From Noviherbaspirillum sp. (lineage in GTDB: Bacteria; Pseudomonadota; Gammaproteobacteria; Burkholderiales; Burkholderiaceae_D): 64,000 nucleotides of DNA. The notes under the pieces are model-generated. The model worked only from the letters and a program-made list of their open reading frames with translations. It made no database searches and was not told the origin of the DNA. The stretch is taken from contig DATFAZ010000153.1 of NCBI GenBank assembly GCA_035254105.1, forward strand, positions 11,511-75,510, in the 5' to 3' direction. Of this stretch, positions 29,999 through 42,136 are shown in pieces (the stretch's first letter is position 1; the number at the start of each line of letters is the position of its first letter). The translations under genes and the position numbers were made by a program.

Positions 29999-30898
29999 AT
30001 GACACCATCCATACCCGACTCGCCATCGCTCTTGCCGATCATGCAAGAGGTATCGCAGCAGGTTTATCCGTCGGCCACATTATATGTGCTGGCCACTCCC
30101 ATCGGAAATGCAGGCGATATCACCTTGCGCGCCCTGAATGTACTGTCGCTCGTCGATGCCGTTGCCTGCGAAGACACACGCAACACCTCGCATCTGCTAA
30201 CGCGTTACGGCTTGTCCAAGGAACTGGTCGCAGCACACGAGCATAATGAACGCGAGGCTGCGGAAAAGCTGATCGGACGACTGAGGGCCGGGCAGCGGAT
30301 TGCATTGGTGTCTGATGCAGGTACGCCGGCCATATCGGACCCGGGAGCGCGCATCGTCGATGCGGTGCGTACAGCAGGTTTTCGCGTGATGCCCTTGCCG
30401 GGTGCGTCGGCGGCCATCAGCGCCCTGTCGGCCAGCGGCTTGCTAAATGATCGTTTTTACTTCGTCGGCTTTCTGCCGAACAAAGGCAAGCAACGCGAAA
30501 CGATGTTGCACAGCCTGACGAACGTGGAAGCGACCCTGGTATTTTATGAAGCGCCGCACCGCATCGCCGAAGCCGTCGCCGCCATCGCGGCCGTCTTCGC
30601 CCCGTCCCGGCAAATCGTGTTTGCACGCGAGCTGACCAAGTTGTTCGAGGAAATCCACCGTTGCCCGCTGGCAGATGCACCAGACTGGCTGGCGGCGGAT
30701 GCACACCGGCAAAAAGGGGAATTTGTGATTCTGCTGGAAGGCGCAACCGCAACGGCGGATGACGATGCCGAAGCAGATCGCGTACTCTCGATCTTGCTAT
30801 CCGAATGCCCGGTCAAACAGGCGGCCGCGCTGGCAGCGCAAATCACCGGGCGAAAGAAGAATGCGCTGTACGAACGCGCACTACAGATGAAAGCGTAA
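29999..30898 (+). CDS. rsmI: 16S rRNA C1402 2'-O-methyltransferase
   Basis: LYVLATPIGN, CEDTR, SDAGTPAISDPG, FYEAPHR, RELTKLFEE; start could be 30041. Confidence 0.93.
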   Translation: MTPSIPDSPSLLPIMQEVSQQVYPSATLYVLATPIGNAGDITLRALNVLSLVDAVACEDTRNTSHLLTRYGLSKELVAAHEHNEREAAEKLIGRLRAGQRIALVSDAGTPAISDPGARIVDAVRTAGFRVMPLPGASAAISALSASGLLNDRFYFVGFLPNKGKQRETMLHSLTNVEATLVFYEAPHRIAEAVAAIAAVFAPSRQIVFARELTKLFEEIHRCPLADAPDWLAADAHRQKGEFVILLEGATATADDDAEADRVLSILLSECPVKQAAALAAQITGRKKNALYERALQMKA

Positions 30899-31972
30899 TC
30901 AGCGCTGCACAATCATCGGCTTGAACGTGCCGCGATCGCGCAACTGCGCTGCGGCAGCGGCGGCTTCCGCCTTGCTCGCAAACGGCCCGCTATAGAGCCG
31001 GTAAACCGCTCCCTGCCCCACAACGTCCAAAGGAGCCAGCATTGCTCCGGCACTTTGGGCCAGTCGCGTGCGCGCCGCCTCGGCATTGGCAGCTTGCGTG
31101 TACGCGCCAAGCTGCAGGTAAAAGCCCGGAAGCGAGGATGCAGGCGCAGTCGACAGCACAACCGGCTCGGCCTGGCTAACAGCAGGCTGAGCTATCGAGG
31201 GAACATTGGCTTCGTTTGCATTTACAGATTGCACAGCAGCTGCGGCCGACAACACTTCCGGTGTCGGCACTTGTTGCGCAGTGAGCACCTGCTGCTCCTT
31301 CCTGGCACTCGCAATACGCGCGATTTCTTCAGGCAGCAGGCGTTCCACCTCCAGCTGGCTGCTGCCTTTCCCCAAATAGCCCAGCTTCAGGGCCGCGGTA
31401 TAGGACAGGTCAATGATGCGGCCAGAGTGAAACGGCCCTCGGTCATTCACACGAACGATGACCTGTTTGCCCGTGAGGAGATTGGTCACGCGCGCATACG
31501 ACGGAATCGGCAGGGTCGGATGGGCTGCGGTCATCTTGTACATGTCGTAGGGTTCGCCGGAGGAGGTTTTCTGGCCATGGAATTTTTTGCCATACCAACT
31601 GCCGACCCCTGTTTGCTTGAACGGGCGCTCATCCGTAATCGGAGTGTATGTCTTGCCGAATACGACGTAGGGCTTGTTGCCCCGTATCGAATACGGCTCC
31701 ACCTGCGGTTCGGCGTCTGGCGTATCAAGCAATCCCTCCGGCGGCGCATCGCCCGGACCATCATCGAGGTAATAACCACCGCGTCCCGAACCAGCTGGCG
31801 GGAGCGTCGGATGTGTCGACGATGCCGTCTTTGACGCTGGCTGACGGGCTGCCGTAGACGATGTCACGGACGAAGATTGCGGCACGCTGCCGCAACCGAC
31901 CAGGACCAAGGCTGGCGTCAATGTGATCAATGCAACCGATCGAAACCGGGAAAAACAAGTGCGCGGTAACAT
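30899..31972 (-). CDS. rlpA: Septal lytic transglycosylase RlpA (DPBB + SPOR)
   Basis: Lipobox LVGC, SWYGKKFHG, TAAHPTLP, VRVNDRGPF, YLQLGAY SPOR; AAGGAG RBS. Confidence 0.92.
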   Translation of the reverse strand: MLPRTCFSRFRSVALITLTPALVLVGCGSVPQSSSVTSSTAARQPASKTASSTHPTLPPAGSGRGGYYLDDGPGDAPPEGLLDTPDAEPQVEPYSIRGNKPYVVFGKTYTPITDERPFKQTGVGSWYGKKFHGQKTSSGEPYDMYKMTAAHPTLPIPSYARVTNLLTGKQVIVRVNDRGPFHSGRIIDLSYTAALKLGYLGKGSSQLEVERLLPEEIARIASARKEQQVLTAQQVPTPEVLSAAAAVQSVNANEANVPSIAQPAVSQAEPVVLSTAPASSLPGFYLQLGAYTQAANAEAARTRLAQSAGAMLAPLDVVGQGAVYRLYSGPFASKAEAAAAAAQLRDRGTFKPMIVQR

Positions 31973-32232
31973 CGCGTTCTCCTTCGTTTTTATTTGCCGC
32001 GACATGCGTGTGGACCAGTCGCAGGGCGGCTTTTTCGGGGGACGTACGATACAGCGAGCTGCCTCGCCGGCTCTATTGAAGCTCCTTCTCAGTTGAACGG
32101 CGCTGCAAAATCCGGTCGGAAAATGCAGCTTGCAGTTGCAACGGCTTTACTGCAATAACAGGTCTTTATAGTTAATTATTGTTCAAAGACAATCGAAATG
32201 CCAAATAGTTCAGCGCTGGCTGAAGTCTTGGT

Positions 32233-33354
32233 TCAACTCTGGATCAGCTTGCGGTGCCGTTGAATGCTCATCAGCATACCGATGCCAAGGCCCAGCGTCA
32301 CAAAGGCGGTGCCGCCATAACTCATGAAGGGCAAGGGCACGCCGACCACCGGCAGGATGCCGGAAACCATCCCCATGTTGACAAACGCATAGGTGAAAAA
32401 CATCAGCGTCAGGGCGCCCGCGAGCAGACGCGAGAACAGCGTCGGCGCATTCGCCGCAATCAGTAATCCGCGCCCGATGAGAAGCAGATACAGCACCACC
32501 AGAATGACATTACCCACCAGCCCGAACTCTTCGGAATACACCGCAAAAATGAAGTCCGTCGTACGTTCTGGAATGAACTGGAGATGCCCTTGCGTACCCT
32601 TCATCCAGCCCTTGCCAGCAGGGCCGCCGGAGCCGATGGCAATCATCGACTGGATGATGTGGAATCCCTTGCCAAGAGGGTCGGAGGTTGGGTCGATCAA
32701 GGTCATCACGCGCTGGCGCTGGTAATCATGCATCATCGACCAGCCGATCGGCAAGAAAGCAGCACCCGTCAGCACCAGGCTGACAATTATCTTCCAGGAC
32801 AAGCCGGCCAGGAAAATCACGTAGAAACCGGCTGCCATCACCAGCAGCGATGTCCCCAGATCCGGTTGTTCCATGATCAGGCCGACCGGAATGATCAGCA
32901 GCATGCCAGCGACGATGAACTCGCGCCAACTGATCAGGCTTTCGCGTTTCTGGAACCACCATGCCAGCATCAATGGTGTGGCGATCTTCATGATTTCGGA
33001 TGGCTGAATCACTACGCCGATATTGACCCAGCGCTGTGCGCCCTTCTTGATGATCCCGAACATGGCAACCGCAACCAGCAGCGCAACACCAACCGTATAA
33101 ATCGGCACCGCAAAACGCATAAGCGTCTGTGGCGGCACAAGTGCAGCGATCCACATGATGACGAACGAAAGCAGGATGTTGCGTAAATGATCTTCCAGCC
33201 GGCCCGGGAAATCGATGCCGGCGGAGTACATCGTTATCGTACTCAGCGTCAGGATCAGGCAGACAATCAGTACCAGCGTTCCGTCAAACACCGTGAAATA
33301 TGGTTTGACAGTCGGCCAGAAGGCGCGTCTTTCGGTTAAACCCAGTGCGGCCAT
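32233..33354 (-). CDS. rodA: Rod shape-determining SEDS protein RodA
   Basis: GAQRW, QPSEIMK, QPDLGT, PERTTDFIF, GVPLPFMSYGG. Confidence 0.95.
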   Translation of the reverse strand: MAALGLTERRAFWPTVKPYFTVFDGTLVLIVCLILTLSTITMYSAGIDFPGRLEDHLRNILLSFVIMWIAALVPPQTLMRFAVPIYTVGVALLVAVAMFGIIKKGAQRWVNIGVVIQPSEIMKIATPLMLAWWFQKRESLISWREFIVAGMLLIIPVGLIMEQPDLGTSLLVMAAGFYVIFLAGLSWKIIVSLVLTGAAFLPIGWSMMHDYQRQRVMTLIDPTSDPLGKGFHIIQSMIAIGSGGPAGKGWMKGTQGHLQFIPERTTDFIFAVYSEEFGLVGNVILVVLYLLLIGRGLLIAANAPTLFSRLLAGALTLMFFTYAFVNMGMVSGILPVVGVPLPFMSYGGTAFVTLGLGIGMLMSIQRHRKLIQS

Positions 33355-35252
33355 CAATCCCCCTCGACTGCAATAGTAGTCGCGGTCTTTTCCTTAGGCT
33401 CAGGCCGCTTGCCGAGCAGGTAGTAATCCAGCGCGAGCCGGGCGATCGGCGCTGCTGCCGCCGCACCGAAGCCGCCGTTCTCAACGATCACCGCCAGTGC
33501 GATACGCGGATTGTCGACCGGAGCAAACGCGGTATACAGTGAATGGTCGCGATGGCGTTCTTCCATTTTTTTCGCATCATACTTTTCATTCTTGCCGATG
33601 CCGATCGCCTGCGCCGTACCGGTCTTTCCCGCCGAAATATATCCGGCGCCAGCAAATGCCCGCGACGAAGTTCCTTCACGCACCACCCCGGCCATCGCGT
33701 TCTTCACGAAATCGAGGTTTTCCTGCTTGAGATTGATGCGATAGCTTTCCTTCGCCACCGTCAGCGTGCGCTCTTTGGTTACGCCGCTTTCTACGGTCTT
33801 CACCAGATGCGGCTTCATCACCACGCCGTTATTGGCAAGGTTGGAAATGGCATGTGCCAGCTGCAGCGGAGTGAAGGAGTTATACCCCTGGCCGATGCCG
33901 ATCGATATCGTTTCACCCGCATACCATTTTTTTTGTTCCGGACGTTTGTAAGCCGCACTTTTCCAAGCGGTCGACGGCAGCACACCGGCACGCTCGTTTT
34001 CCAGGTCGATGCCGGTCTGCTGTCCGAAGCCGAACGGCTTCATGAAATCATGGATGGCATCCACGCCAAGGTCATTGGCCAGTCCATAGTAATAAGTATT
34101 GCAGGACTGGACGATCGATTTATACATATCGACCGTACCATGTCCTCCCGGTTTGTCGTCGCGGAATTTGTGGTTGCCGAACCAAAAATGGCCGGGATCA
34201 TGAATCGCCTGTGCGGGCGTGCGCTTACCCAGTTCCAGGGCCGCCAGCGCCATATAGGGCTTGTAAGTGGAACCTGGCGGATAGCTGCCGATCAGCGGAC
34301 GGTTCAGAAGCGGTTTATCGAGCGAAGTATTCAGCTCTTCCCAGCTTTGCTGATCGATGCCTTCTACAAACAGGTTCGGATCGAAGGTCGGCTTGGATAC
34401 ATAGGCCAGTACATCTCCGGTAGAAGGCTCGATGGCTACCAGCGCACCACGCCGGTCGCCGAAGGCCTCTTCGATAATTTTCTGCAATTCGATATCGATC
34501 GAAAGGATGAGGTTATCGCCCGGGCTCGCTGCCGTCCGCGACAAGGTACGTACCGCTCGCCCACCAGCGGTTACTTCGACTTCTTCGTAGCCGGTTTTCC
34601 CGTGCAGGATATTCTCGTATTTTTTCTCCAGGCCTTCCTTACCGATATAGTCCGTGCCGGCGTAGTTTGTGGAGTCTTCCATCTCCTCGATCTTCTTGGC
34701 ATCGCGCTGGCTGATACGGCCGATATACCCGATGACATGCGATGCGGTTTCGCCAAGCGGATACTGGCGGAACAGTCGAGCCTGGATTTCAACGCCGGGA
34801 AAACGATAGCGCTGGACAGTAAAGCGCGCTACCTCCGCATCCGTCAGACGGGTACGGATCGGGACACTCTCAAAGTTCTTTGCTTCCTCCAGCAGGCGGC
34901 GAAAACGCCTGCGGTCCTTCGGCTGGATATCGACGATCGTAGACAGGCTGTCAATTACCGAATCCAGCGGCGCACCGGTCTTTGAAGGCGTAATTTCCAA
35001 TGTATAGGCCGAGTAATTCCGCGCCAGAACCACACCGTTGCGATCAGTGATCAAACCGCGGTTCGGCACTACCGGCACCACAGAGATGCGATTGTCTTCT
35101 GCCTGGCTCGCATAGTCCTGATGCTTGGCCACTTGCAGCCACAGGAAACGTGCCACCAACAGGCCGAAACAGATCAGCACGGCCACGCCCACCACCGACA
35201 GCCGCAGGCGGAACAGATGTATTTCGTGTTCTGTATTCTTAAATTCGGTCAT
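33354..35252 (-). CDS. mrdA: Penicillin-binding protein 2
   Basis: PNRGLITDRNG, PGSTYK (SxxK), SCN, KTGT. Confidence 0.95.
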   Translation of the reverse strand: MTEFKNTEHEIHLFRLRLSVVGVAVLICFGLLVARFLWLQVAKHQDYASQAEDNRISVVPVVPNRGLITDRNGVVLARNYSAYTLEITPSKTGAPLDSVIDSLSTIVDIQPKDRRRFRRLLEEAKNFESVPIRTRLTDAEVARFTVQRYRFPGVEIQARLFRQYPLGETASHVIGYIGRISQRDAKKIEEMEDSTNYAGTDYIGKEGLEKKYENILHGKTGYEEVEVTAGGRAVRTLSRTAASPGDNLILSIDIELQKIIEEAFGDRRGALVAIEPSTGDVLAYVSKPTFDPNLFVEGIDQQSWEELNTSLDKPLLNRPLIGSYPPGSTYKPYMALAALELGKRTPAQAIHDPGHFWFGNHKFRDDKPGGHGTVDMYKSIVQSCNTYYYGLANDLGVDAIHDFMKPFGFGQQTGIDLENERAGVLPSTAWKSAAYKRPEQKKWYAGETISIGIGQGYNSFTPLQLAHAISNLANNGVVMKPHLVKTVESGVTKERTLTVAKESYRINLKQENLDFVKNAMAGVVREGTSSRAFAGAGYISAGKTGTAQAIGIGKNEKYDAKKMEERHRDHSLYTAFAPVDNPRIALAVIVENGGFGAAAAAPIARLALDYYLLGKRPEPKEKTATTIAVEGD

Positions 35253-35320
35253 TCGTTCTCAAGACGACGCAAACGCGAACCCTGTACGGGCAGACGATAT
35301 GGGGCGAAATCTTCAATCTG

Positions 35321-35833
35321 TCAGATGGGCCGGTTATCATCCCGATCGATTGCACGGCGCTGCGGCGCCAGCAGGATCATTGTCACCAATGGCCAGAGCG
35401 CCGCCGAGACGATGCTTTCCATGAAATACAGCCAGCCGGGGAATTTTCCGGTGACCATCAGGCGCACCGCCAGTTGCACGGTTTGCATCAGGAGCAGCAG
35501 CGGCAAAATATGAGCGGCTTGCGTTGTCAGCTTGAACCACAGCACCCGTCGATGGATCATGATCGCAAAGTACGACAACAGTGTGTAGGACAGCGCGTTC
35601 TCGCCCAGCAGGGACGCATCGTGCACATCCATCAGCAAGCCCATCGTAAATGCGATGCCGATCCCGACCTTGCGCGGCTGATGAATGCTCCAGAATACGA
35701 GCACCAGCGCCACAAAATCCGGAATGCCTACCGACTGCCCCCACGGCAGCAGGTTCAACAGGAAGGCGCCAGCCAGGCTGGCCACAATGAACAGCGAATT
35801 GACTGGCAGCAGAATGTAATGAGGACGATTCAT
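35321..35833 (-). CDS. mreD: Rod shape-determining protein MreD
   Basis: PDFVALVLVFW, GLLMDVHDASLLG; operon position. Confidence 0.93.
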   Translation of the reverse strand: MNRPHYILLPVNSLFIVASLAGAFLLNLLPWGQSVGIPDFVALVLVFWSIHQPRKVGIGIAFTMGLLMDVHDASLLGENALSYTLLSYFAIMIHRRVLWFKLTTQAAHILPLLLLMQTVQLAVRLMVTGKFPGWLYFMESIVSAALWPLVTMILLAPQRRAIDRDDNRPI

Positions 35834-36954
35834 GGCGTAGGCGCCTTCTGCGTGGGTGCGGGCAACTTAGGCTCCGGCACGGTTTTCTTCTGTTCGACAG
35901 CAGGCTTCTGCACCGGCACAGGTGCTTTTTGTTCGACTGCAGTCGTCACCACTTCCTTTTTGGGTTCTTGCCCGGGAGTCTTTGGCGCCTCTTTAGGCGG
36001 TTCCTTAGGTTCTTTAGGCAGTTCCTTGGGTGCTTCTTTTGGGGCTTCCTTAACTACGTCGCCACCCGGCTTCCTTTCTGCCTTATCCCTGACAGCTTCG
36101 TGCTCAGGACGAGGCAGAAGATTCATCTCGGTCAACAGGATCAGCAATTGCCGGTTGCGGTCAATACCCGCCAGCGGCTGACAGACGATACGCGCGAAGG
36201 CGTCCGTCGATTTGCTTTCGACCTGAACCACTTTTGCCACTGCCAGCCCGGCCGGATAGACGCCGTCGATGCCAGAGGTAACAAGAACATCACCATTCTT
36301 GATGTCGGCGTTGGCCGGCATGAAGCGCAGGTCCAGCGCACCGGAATGCCCCTGGCCATAAGCAACGCTTCGAAGCCCGCTGCGCACCACCTGCACAGGA
36401 ATCGCCTGATCCTTGTCGGTCAACAGGGTTACTTCGGAGGTGAATGGAAACACGCGGGTCACTTGCCCCACCACGCCAGTATCATCAATTACCGGCTGCC
36501 CCGGCGCTACGCCGTGCTTGATCCCGCGATCCAGGATGATCTTGCGCGTGAAGGCGTCGCGCGCATCGTACAGGATCTCGCTCATCACCGATTTCACCGG
36601 CAGCCGTTCGGTAGCAGCCAGAAGCTTGCGCAGTTGGGCATTTTCCGCAGTGAGCTGCTGCACCTGCTGCAGCGTCTGGGCGTTGGCGACCTGCTGTTGC
36701 TTCAGCTTGTCGTTCTCCCCTTTCAGGGCCGACAGCGACGAAAAATAATCGCCCACCATATATGCCGCATCGCGTGGCAGCAAAGCCACGACTTGCAAGG
36801 GATATAGCGCCGTGCCGACTGCCTGGCGAATCACGCTCAGCGAGCGCAGGCGCGAATCGGCAACCAACAGGATCAGTGCGACGAGGGAGAAAAACACCAC
36901 TTTGGCTCGGGCAGAGGCGCCTTGCTTGAAGAGTGGCGGTGGACTGTATTCCAT
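35830..36954 (-). CDS. mreC: Rod shape-determining protein MreC with Pro/Lys/Glu-rich tail
   Basis: ENAQLRKLL, GVVGQV, VTSGIDGVYPAGL; operon position. Confidence 0.93.
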   Translation of the reverse strand: MEYSPPPLFKQGASARAKVVFFSLVALILLVADSRLRSLSVIRQAVGTALYPLQVVALLPRDAAYMVGDYFSSLSALKGENDKLKQQQVANAQTLQQVQQLTAENAQLRKLLAATERLPVKSVMSEILYDARDAFTRKIILDRGIKHGVAPGQPVIDDTGVVGQVTRVFPFTSEVTLLTDKDQAIPVQVVRSGLRSVAYGQGHSGALDLRFMPANADIKNGDVLVTSGIDGVYPAGLAVAKVVQVESKSTDAFARIVCQPLAGIDRNRQLLILLTEMNLLPRPEHEAVRDKAERKPGGDVVKEAPKEAPKELPKEPKEPPKEAPKTPGQEPKKEVVTTAVEQKAPVPVQKPAVEQKKTVPEPKLPAPTQKAPTP

Positions 36955-37044
36955 CAATGTCTAACTAAGTTGCGGGAGAAGGTGACCGGGGTCTGTCCGC
37001 ACGCGCGCCTCGCGCTGAAATTGCAAGGCGCGCCATGTAAGGCA

Positions 37045-38118
<1,074 letters not shown>

Positions 38119-38353
38119 TTAACAGTGGAAGTAAAACCCGTATGCCTGCGGCGGCTCAAACTCTGCGGCACCAGCAAGGTATTAGCCCGCCATTCTACCT
38201 TATAATTTATCCGAAATTTGTCGCTGGAAACTTCAAAAATGCAGGCAAAATCCCTGCCAAATCAAGCGTTTTGACAAGATTTTTCCAGAATAAGAATACA
38301 TTTTGCTCTCTTAAAAATTCCCGCCTGATAAGGCTTGCAACATATACCCCATC

Positions 38354-38656
38354 ATGTCACTCGACCTATCCGATGTTAAGCGCCTGGCCCGCCTTGCGCA
38401 GCTCGACCTGAACGAAGACCAGGCAGCCCAAACCCTCGACAAGCTCAACAGCATTTTTGCGCTGGTCGAGCAAATGCGCGCCGTCGACACCAGCGGTGTC
38501 GAACCGCTGAATCATCCTATCGCTGCATACCAGAACAACGTGGCACTGCGCCTGCGCGAAGACCAGGTCACCGAACCGAACCGGCGCGACGATTACCAGC
38601 AGGTCGCACCGGCAACGCAGGACGGCCTGTATCTGGTCCCGAAAGTCATCGAATAA
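38354..38656 (+). CDS. gatC: Asp/Glu-tRNA amidotransferase subunit C
   Basis: [32 protein letters not shown]. Confidence 0.95.
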   Translation: MSLDLSDVKRLARLAQLDLNEDQAAQTLDKLNSIFALVEQMRAVDTSGVEPLNHPIAAYQNNVALRLREDQVTEPNRRDDYQQVAPATQDGLYLVPKVIE

Positions 38657-38681
38657 CTCCGCCGGCATCGCTACGCATCCT

Positions 38682-40154
38682 ATGTATACCAAGACCCTAA
38701 AAGAACTATCCGTCCTGCTGCATGCAAAGCAGATCTCCGCCAGCGAACTGGCCCGGCTGTACCTTGATCGCATCAATCAGAACGATCTCAACGCGTTCAT
38801 CCATGTGGATGACAAGCTGACATTGCAGCAAGCCGCCGAAGCCGACGCACGCATTGCCAAAAACAACACCACACCGCTCACCGGCATCCCGATTGCACAC
38901 AAGGACATTTTTGTCACACGCGACTGGCGCTCTACAGCTGGCTCGAAGATGCTGGCAAATTACGTCAGCCCCTTCGATGCAACTGTCGTTAAACAGTTCC
39001 GCGAAGCAGGTATGGTCACGCTCGGAAAATTGAATTGTGATGAATTTGCCATGGGCTCGTCGAACGAGAACTCGTTCTTCGGCCCGGTTAAAAACCCATG
39101 GGACAAAGAGGCCATTCCGGGCGGCTCATCCGGCGGTTCGGCTGCAGCGATTGCCGCGCGCCTGACACCGGCGGCGACGGCAACCGATACTGGCGGCTCG
39201 ATCCGGCAGCCGGCCTCCTTCTGCGGCGTGACCGGCATCAAGCCAACTTACGGCCGTGTATCGCGCTTTGGCATGATCGCCTTCGCTTCATCGCTCGATC
39301 AGGGCGGCCCGATGGCGCAGACGGCTGAAGACTGTGGTCTTTTGCTCAATGCCATGACAGGTTTCGACCCGCAGGACTCGACCAGCCTCGAACGTCCGAA
39401 CGAAGATTTCACGCGCGACCTAACCAAGGATCTGAAAGGCTTGAAGATCGGCGTGCCGCGTGAGTATTTCGGCAAGGGCCTTGCGCCGGATGTTGAGCAG
39501 GCAGTGCGTGTCGCACTGCGCGAATACGAGAAGCTGGGTGCGACGCTGGTCGATATTTCATTGCCAAAGACAGAACTCTCCATCCCGGTCTATTACGTCA
39601 TCGCACCGGCGGAAGCATCGTCCAACCTGTCCCGCTTCGACGGCGTGCGCTACGGACATCGCGCGCAGGACTACAAAGACCTGGCAGACATGTACCGCAA
39701 ATCGCGCGCAGAAGGTTTTGGCGAAGAAGTCAAACGCCGCATCCTGGTGGGTGCCTATGTGCTATCGCATGGCTATTACGACGCCTATTACCTGCAGGCG
39801 CAAAAGATCCGCCGCCTGATCGCGCAGGATTTCCAGAACGCGCTTAGTGGACCAAACCAGCAATGCGACGTCATCGTGGGTCCAGTGGCGCCGACGGTGG
39901 CGTGGGATATCGGCGCCAAGGCAGATGACCCCGTGGCGAACTATCTTGCCGATATTTTCACGCTGTCCACTAGCCTGGCCGGCCTTCCCGGCATGTCGAT
40001 TCCATGCGGTTTCGGCCAGGGCGACAAGAACGCAAGGCGCCCGGTTGGTCTGCAAATCATCGGGAACTATTTCAGTGAAGCGAAGCTGCTGAACGTCGCC
40101 CACCAATACCAGCTGGCGACCGACTGGCATCAGCGCCGACCGGAAGGAACATGA
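38682..40154 (+). CDS. gatA: Asp/Glu-tRNA amidotransferase subunit A
   Basis: [25 protein letters not shown] amidase signature, [13 protein letters not shown]. Confidence 0.97.
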   Translation: MYTKTLKELSVLLHAKQISASELARLYLDRINQNDLNAFIHVDDKLTLQQAAEADARIAKNNTTPLTGIPIAHKDIFVTRDWRSTAGSKMLANYVSPFDATVVKQFREAGMVTLGKLNCDEFAMGSSNENSFFGPVKNPWDKEAIPGGSSGGSAAAIAARLTPAATATDTGGSIRQPASFCGVTGIKPTYGRVSRFGMIAFASSLDQGGPMAQTAEDCGLLLNAMTGFDPQDSTSLERPNEDFTRDLTKDLKGLKIGVPREYFGKGLAPDVEQAVRVALREYEKLGATLVDISLPKTELSIPVYYVIAPAEASSNLSRFDGVRYGHRAQDYKDLADMYRKSRAEGFGEEVKRRILVGAYVLSHGYYDAYYLQAQKIRRLIAQDFQNALSGPNQQCDVIVGPVAPTVAWDIGAKADDPVANYLADIFTLSTSLAGLPGMSIPCGFGQGDKNARRPVGLQIIGNYFSEAKLLNVAHQYQLATDWHQRRPEGT

Positions 40155-40639
40155 TTCTTTTGCTGCGCGCCACGTTGCTGATGCTGCTTGCAGCAAGCGG
40201 CATCACGGCTGCGCAGCAACTGGAAACACGTTTTTCGTGCAGCGTGGCGCGCAGCGAAGACGGCGAAAAAGTCACCTACGCGGATAACGGCGAATTCCGC
40301 CTCAAGGGTGAACAGATTGAAGCATTTCGCTGGGAATCGGCGCTATTTCGCAGCACGCATGGCTTCGATTGCAGTATCGATGAAGGCGATGGCCTGCAAG
40401 CAGAGGTTAGGGACGAAAAAACAAAAGCAACATGGCGCATCGCGTTGACCGATGCCCGTGCTGCACGCGACAGGCGTGGTTTTAAATTCGATCGCAGCAT
40501 GAATTGCACGATACGGCTGGAACAACAAGGTGACACATTGCAGGTAAAGCCAAGTTGCCCGGCCCTGTGCGGATCGCGCGCCAATTTTTCGGCACTGTCG
40601 GTAAACATAAAAACCGGCGAGTGCCGCTATGATGAGTAA
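40151..40639 (+). CDS. Hypothetical secreted protein with six cysteines
   Basis: ATGA overlap with the gatA stop, Sec-type signal peptide, fills the gatA-gatB gap. Confidence 0.75.
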   Translation: MILLLRATLLMLLAASGITAAQQLETRFSCSVARSEDGEKVTYADNGEFRLKGEQIEAFRWESALFRSTHGFDCSIDEGDGLQAEVRDEKTKATWRIALTDARAARDRRGFKFDRSMNCTIRLEQQGDTLQVKPSCPALCGSRANFSALSVNIKTGECRYDE

Positions 40640-40650
40640 GTGAGGACATT

Positions 40651-42111
40651 ATGCAGTGGGAAGTCGTAATCGGTCTTGAGACACACGCACAACTTTCGAC
40701 GCTGTCGAAGATTTTCAGCGGCGCATCAACCCGCTTCGGCGCGGAACCCAACACACAGGCCTGCCCGGTCGACTTGGCCTTGCCGGGCGTACTACCGGTG
40801 ATGAACAAGGGCGCAGTCGAACGCGCAATCCAGTTCGGACTGGCCATCGGTGCGAAGATCGCACCGCAGTCGATTTTCGCGCGCAAGAATTATTTTTATC
40901 CTGACCTGCCAAAGGGATACCAGATCAGCCAGTATGAAATTCCGGTAGTTCAGGGCGGTACGGTTTCCTTCATGCTGGAAAAAGACGGTAAACCTGAAAT
41001 GCGAAGTGTGCAATTGACACGCGCCCATCTGGAAGAAGATGCGGGCAAGTCATTGCATGAGGACTACCACGGCATGACCGGCATCGATTTAAATCGCGCC
41101 GGAACGCCGCTTCTTGAAATCGTCACCGAACCTGACATGCGTAGCGCACCTGAAGCAGTCGCCTATGCAAAGGCCTTGCATTCGCTGGTGGTGTGGCTGG
41201 GCATCTGTGACGGCAACATGCAGGAAGGCTCATTCCGCTGCGACGCCAACGTCTCGGTGCGCCCGGTAGGGCAGAAGGAATATGGCACGCGCTGCGAAAT
41301 CAAGAACCTGAATTCCTTCCGTTTTCTTGAAGAAGCGATCAACTATGAAGTGCGGCGTCAGATCGAATTGATCGAAGATGGCGGCACCGTAGTCCAGGAA
41401 ACCCGCCTGTACGATCCGGATCGCAAGGAGACGCGTTCGATGCGCAGCAAGGAAGACGCGCAGGATTACCGTTACTTTCCCGACCCCGATCTGCCGCCGC
41501 TGGTCATCGCGCAGGAATGGATCGAGCGCGTGAAAGCGACGATGCCGGAGCTGCCGGGCGCGATGCGCGAACGGTTCGTGCGAGATTACGGCTTGTCGGA
41601 ATACGATGCTGCCATCTTGACGCAGTCGAAAGCAATGGCGTCCTATTTCGAGGCGGTGGTGAGCAAGGCCGGAAAGGAGCAGGCGAAACCGGCGGCAAAC
41701 TGGCTGATGGGTGACGTGTCGTCCACATTGAATCGTGCCGGCGTCGACATTACCGACGCGCCCGTAACCGCGGAACAACTCGCATTGCTCTTGCAGCGTA
41801 TCGCTGACGGCACAATCTCCAACAAGATTGCCAAAGAAGTGTTCGCCGCGATGTGGGAGACGCCATCCGATAAGCCGACATTGGCGGACGATGTTATCGA
41901 AGCCAAAGGCCTGAAGCAGATATCCGACAGCGGTGCACTGGAGAAGATCGTTGACGAAGTTCTGGCTGCAAACGCCAAGTCGGTTGAAGAATTCCGTTCC
42001 GGCAAAGAGAAGGCGTTCAACGCGATTATTGGCCAAGCGATGAAAGCGACGAAGGGAAAGGCAAACCCGGCGCAACTCACCGAGCTGCTGAAGAAAAAAT
42101 TGGCCAGCTAG
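40651..42111 (+). CDS. gatB: Asp/Glu-tRNA amidotransferase subunit B
   Basis: [50 protein letters not shown]. Confidence 0.97.
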   Translation: MQWEVVIGLETHAQLSTLSKIFSGASTRFGAEPNTQACPVDLALPGVLPVMNKGAVERAIQFGLAIGAKIAPQSIFARKNYFYPDLPKGYQISQYEIPVVQGGTVSFMLEKDGKPEMRSVQLTRAHLEEDAGKSLHEDYHGMTGIDLNRAGTPLLEIVTEPDMRSAPEAVAYAKALHSLVVWLGICDGNMQEGSFRCDANVSVRPVGQKEYGTRCEIKNLNSFRFLEEAINYEVRRQIELIEDGGTVVQETRLYDPDRKETRSMRSKEDAQDYRYFPDPDLPPLVIAQEWIERVKATMPELPGAMRERFVRDYGLSEYDAAILTQSKAMASYFEAVVSKAGKEQAKPAANWLMGDVSSTLNRAGVDITDAPVTAEQLALLLQRIADGTISNKIAKEVFAAMWETPSDKPTLADDVIEAKGLKQISDSGALEKIVDEVLAANAKSVEEFRSGKEKAFNAIIGQAMKATKGKANPAQLTELLKKKLAS

Positions 42112-42136
42112 GCTAACCAAGCCAGCCGGCCTCAAG

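Noticed and set aside
33543-34985. Long antisense ORFs (480 aa here; also 25968-27002, 36922-38076, 41230-42135)
   Set aside because: Shadow frames of well-conserved genes in GC-rich DNA, with no motifs
38354-42111. Functional link between gatCAB and the tRNA-dependent FemAB-like enzyme
   Set aside because: gatCAB opposite mreB is a conserved core arrangement; adjacency to the EPS locus is probably incidental
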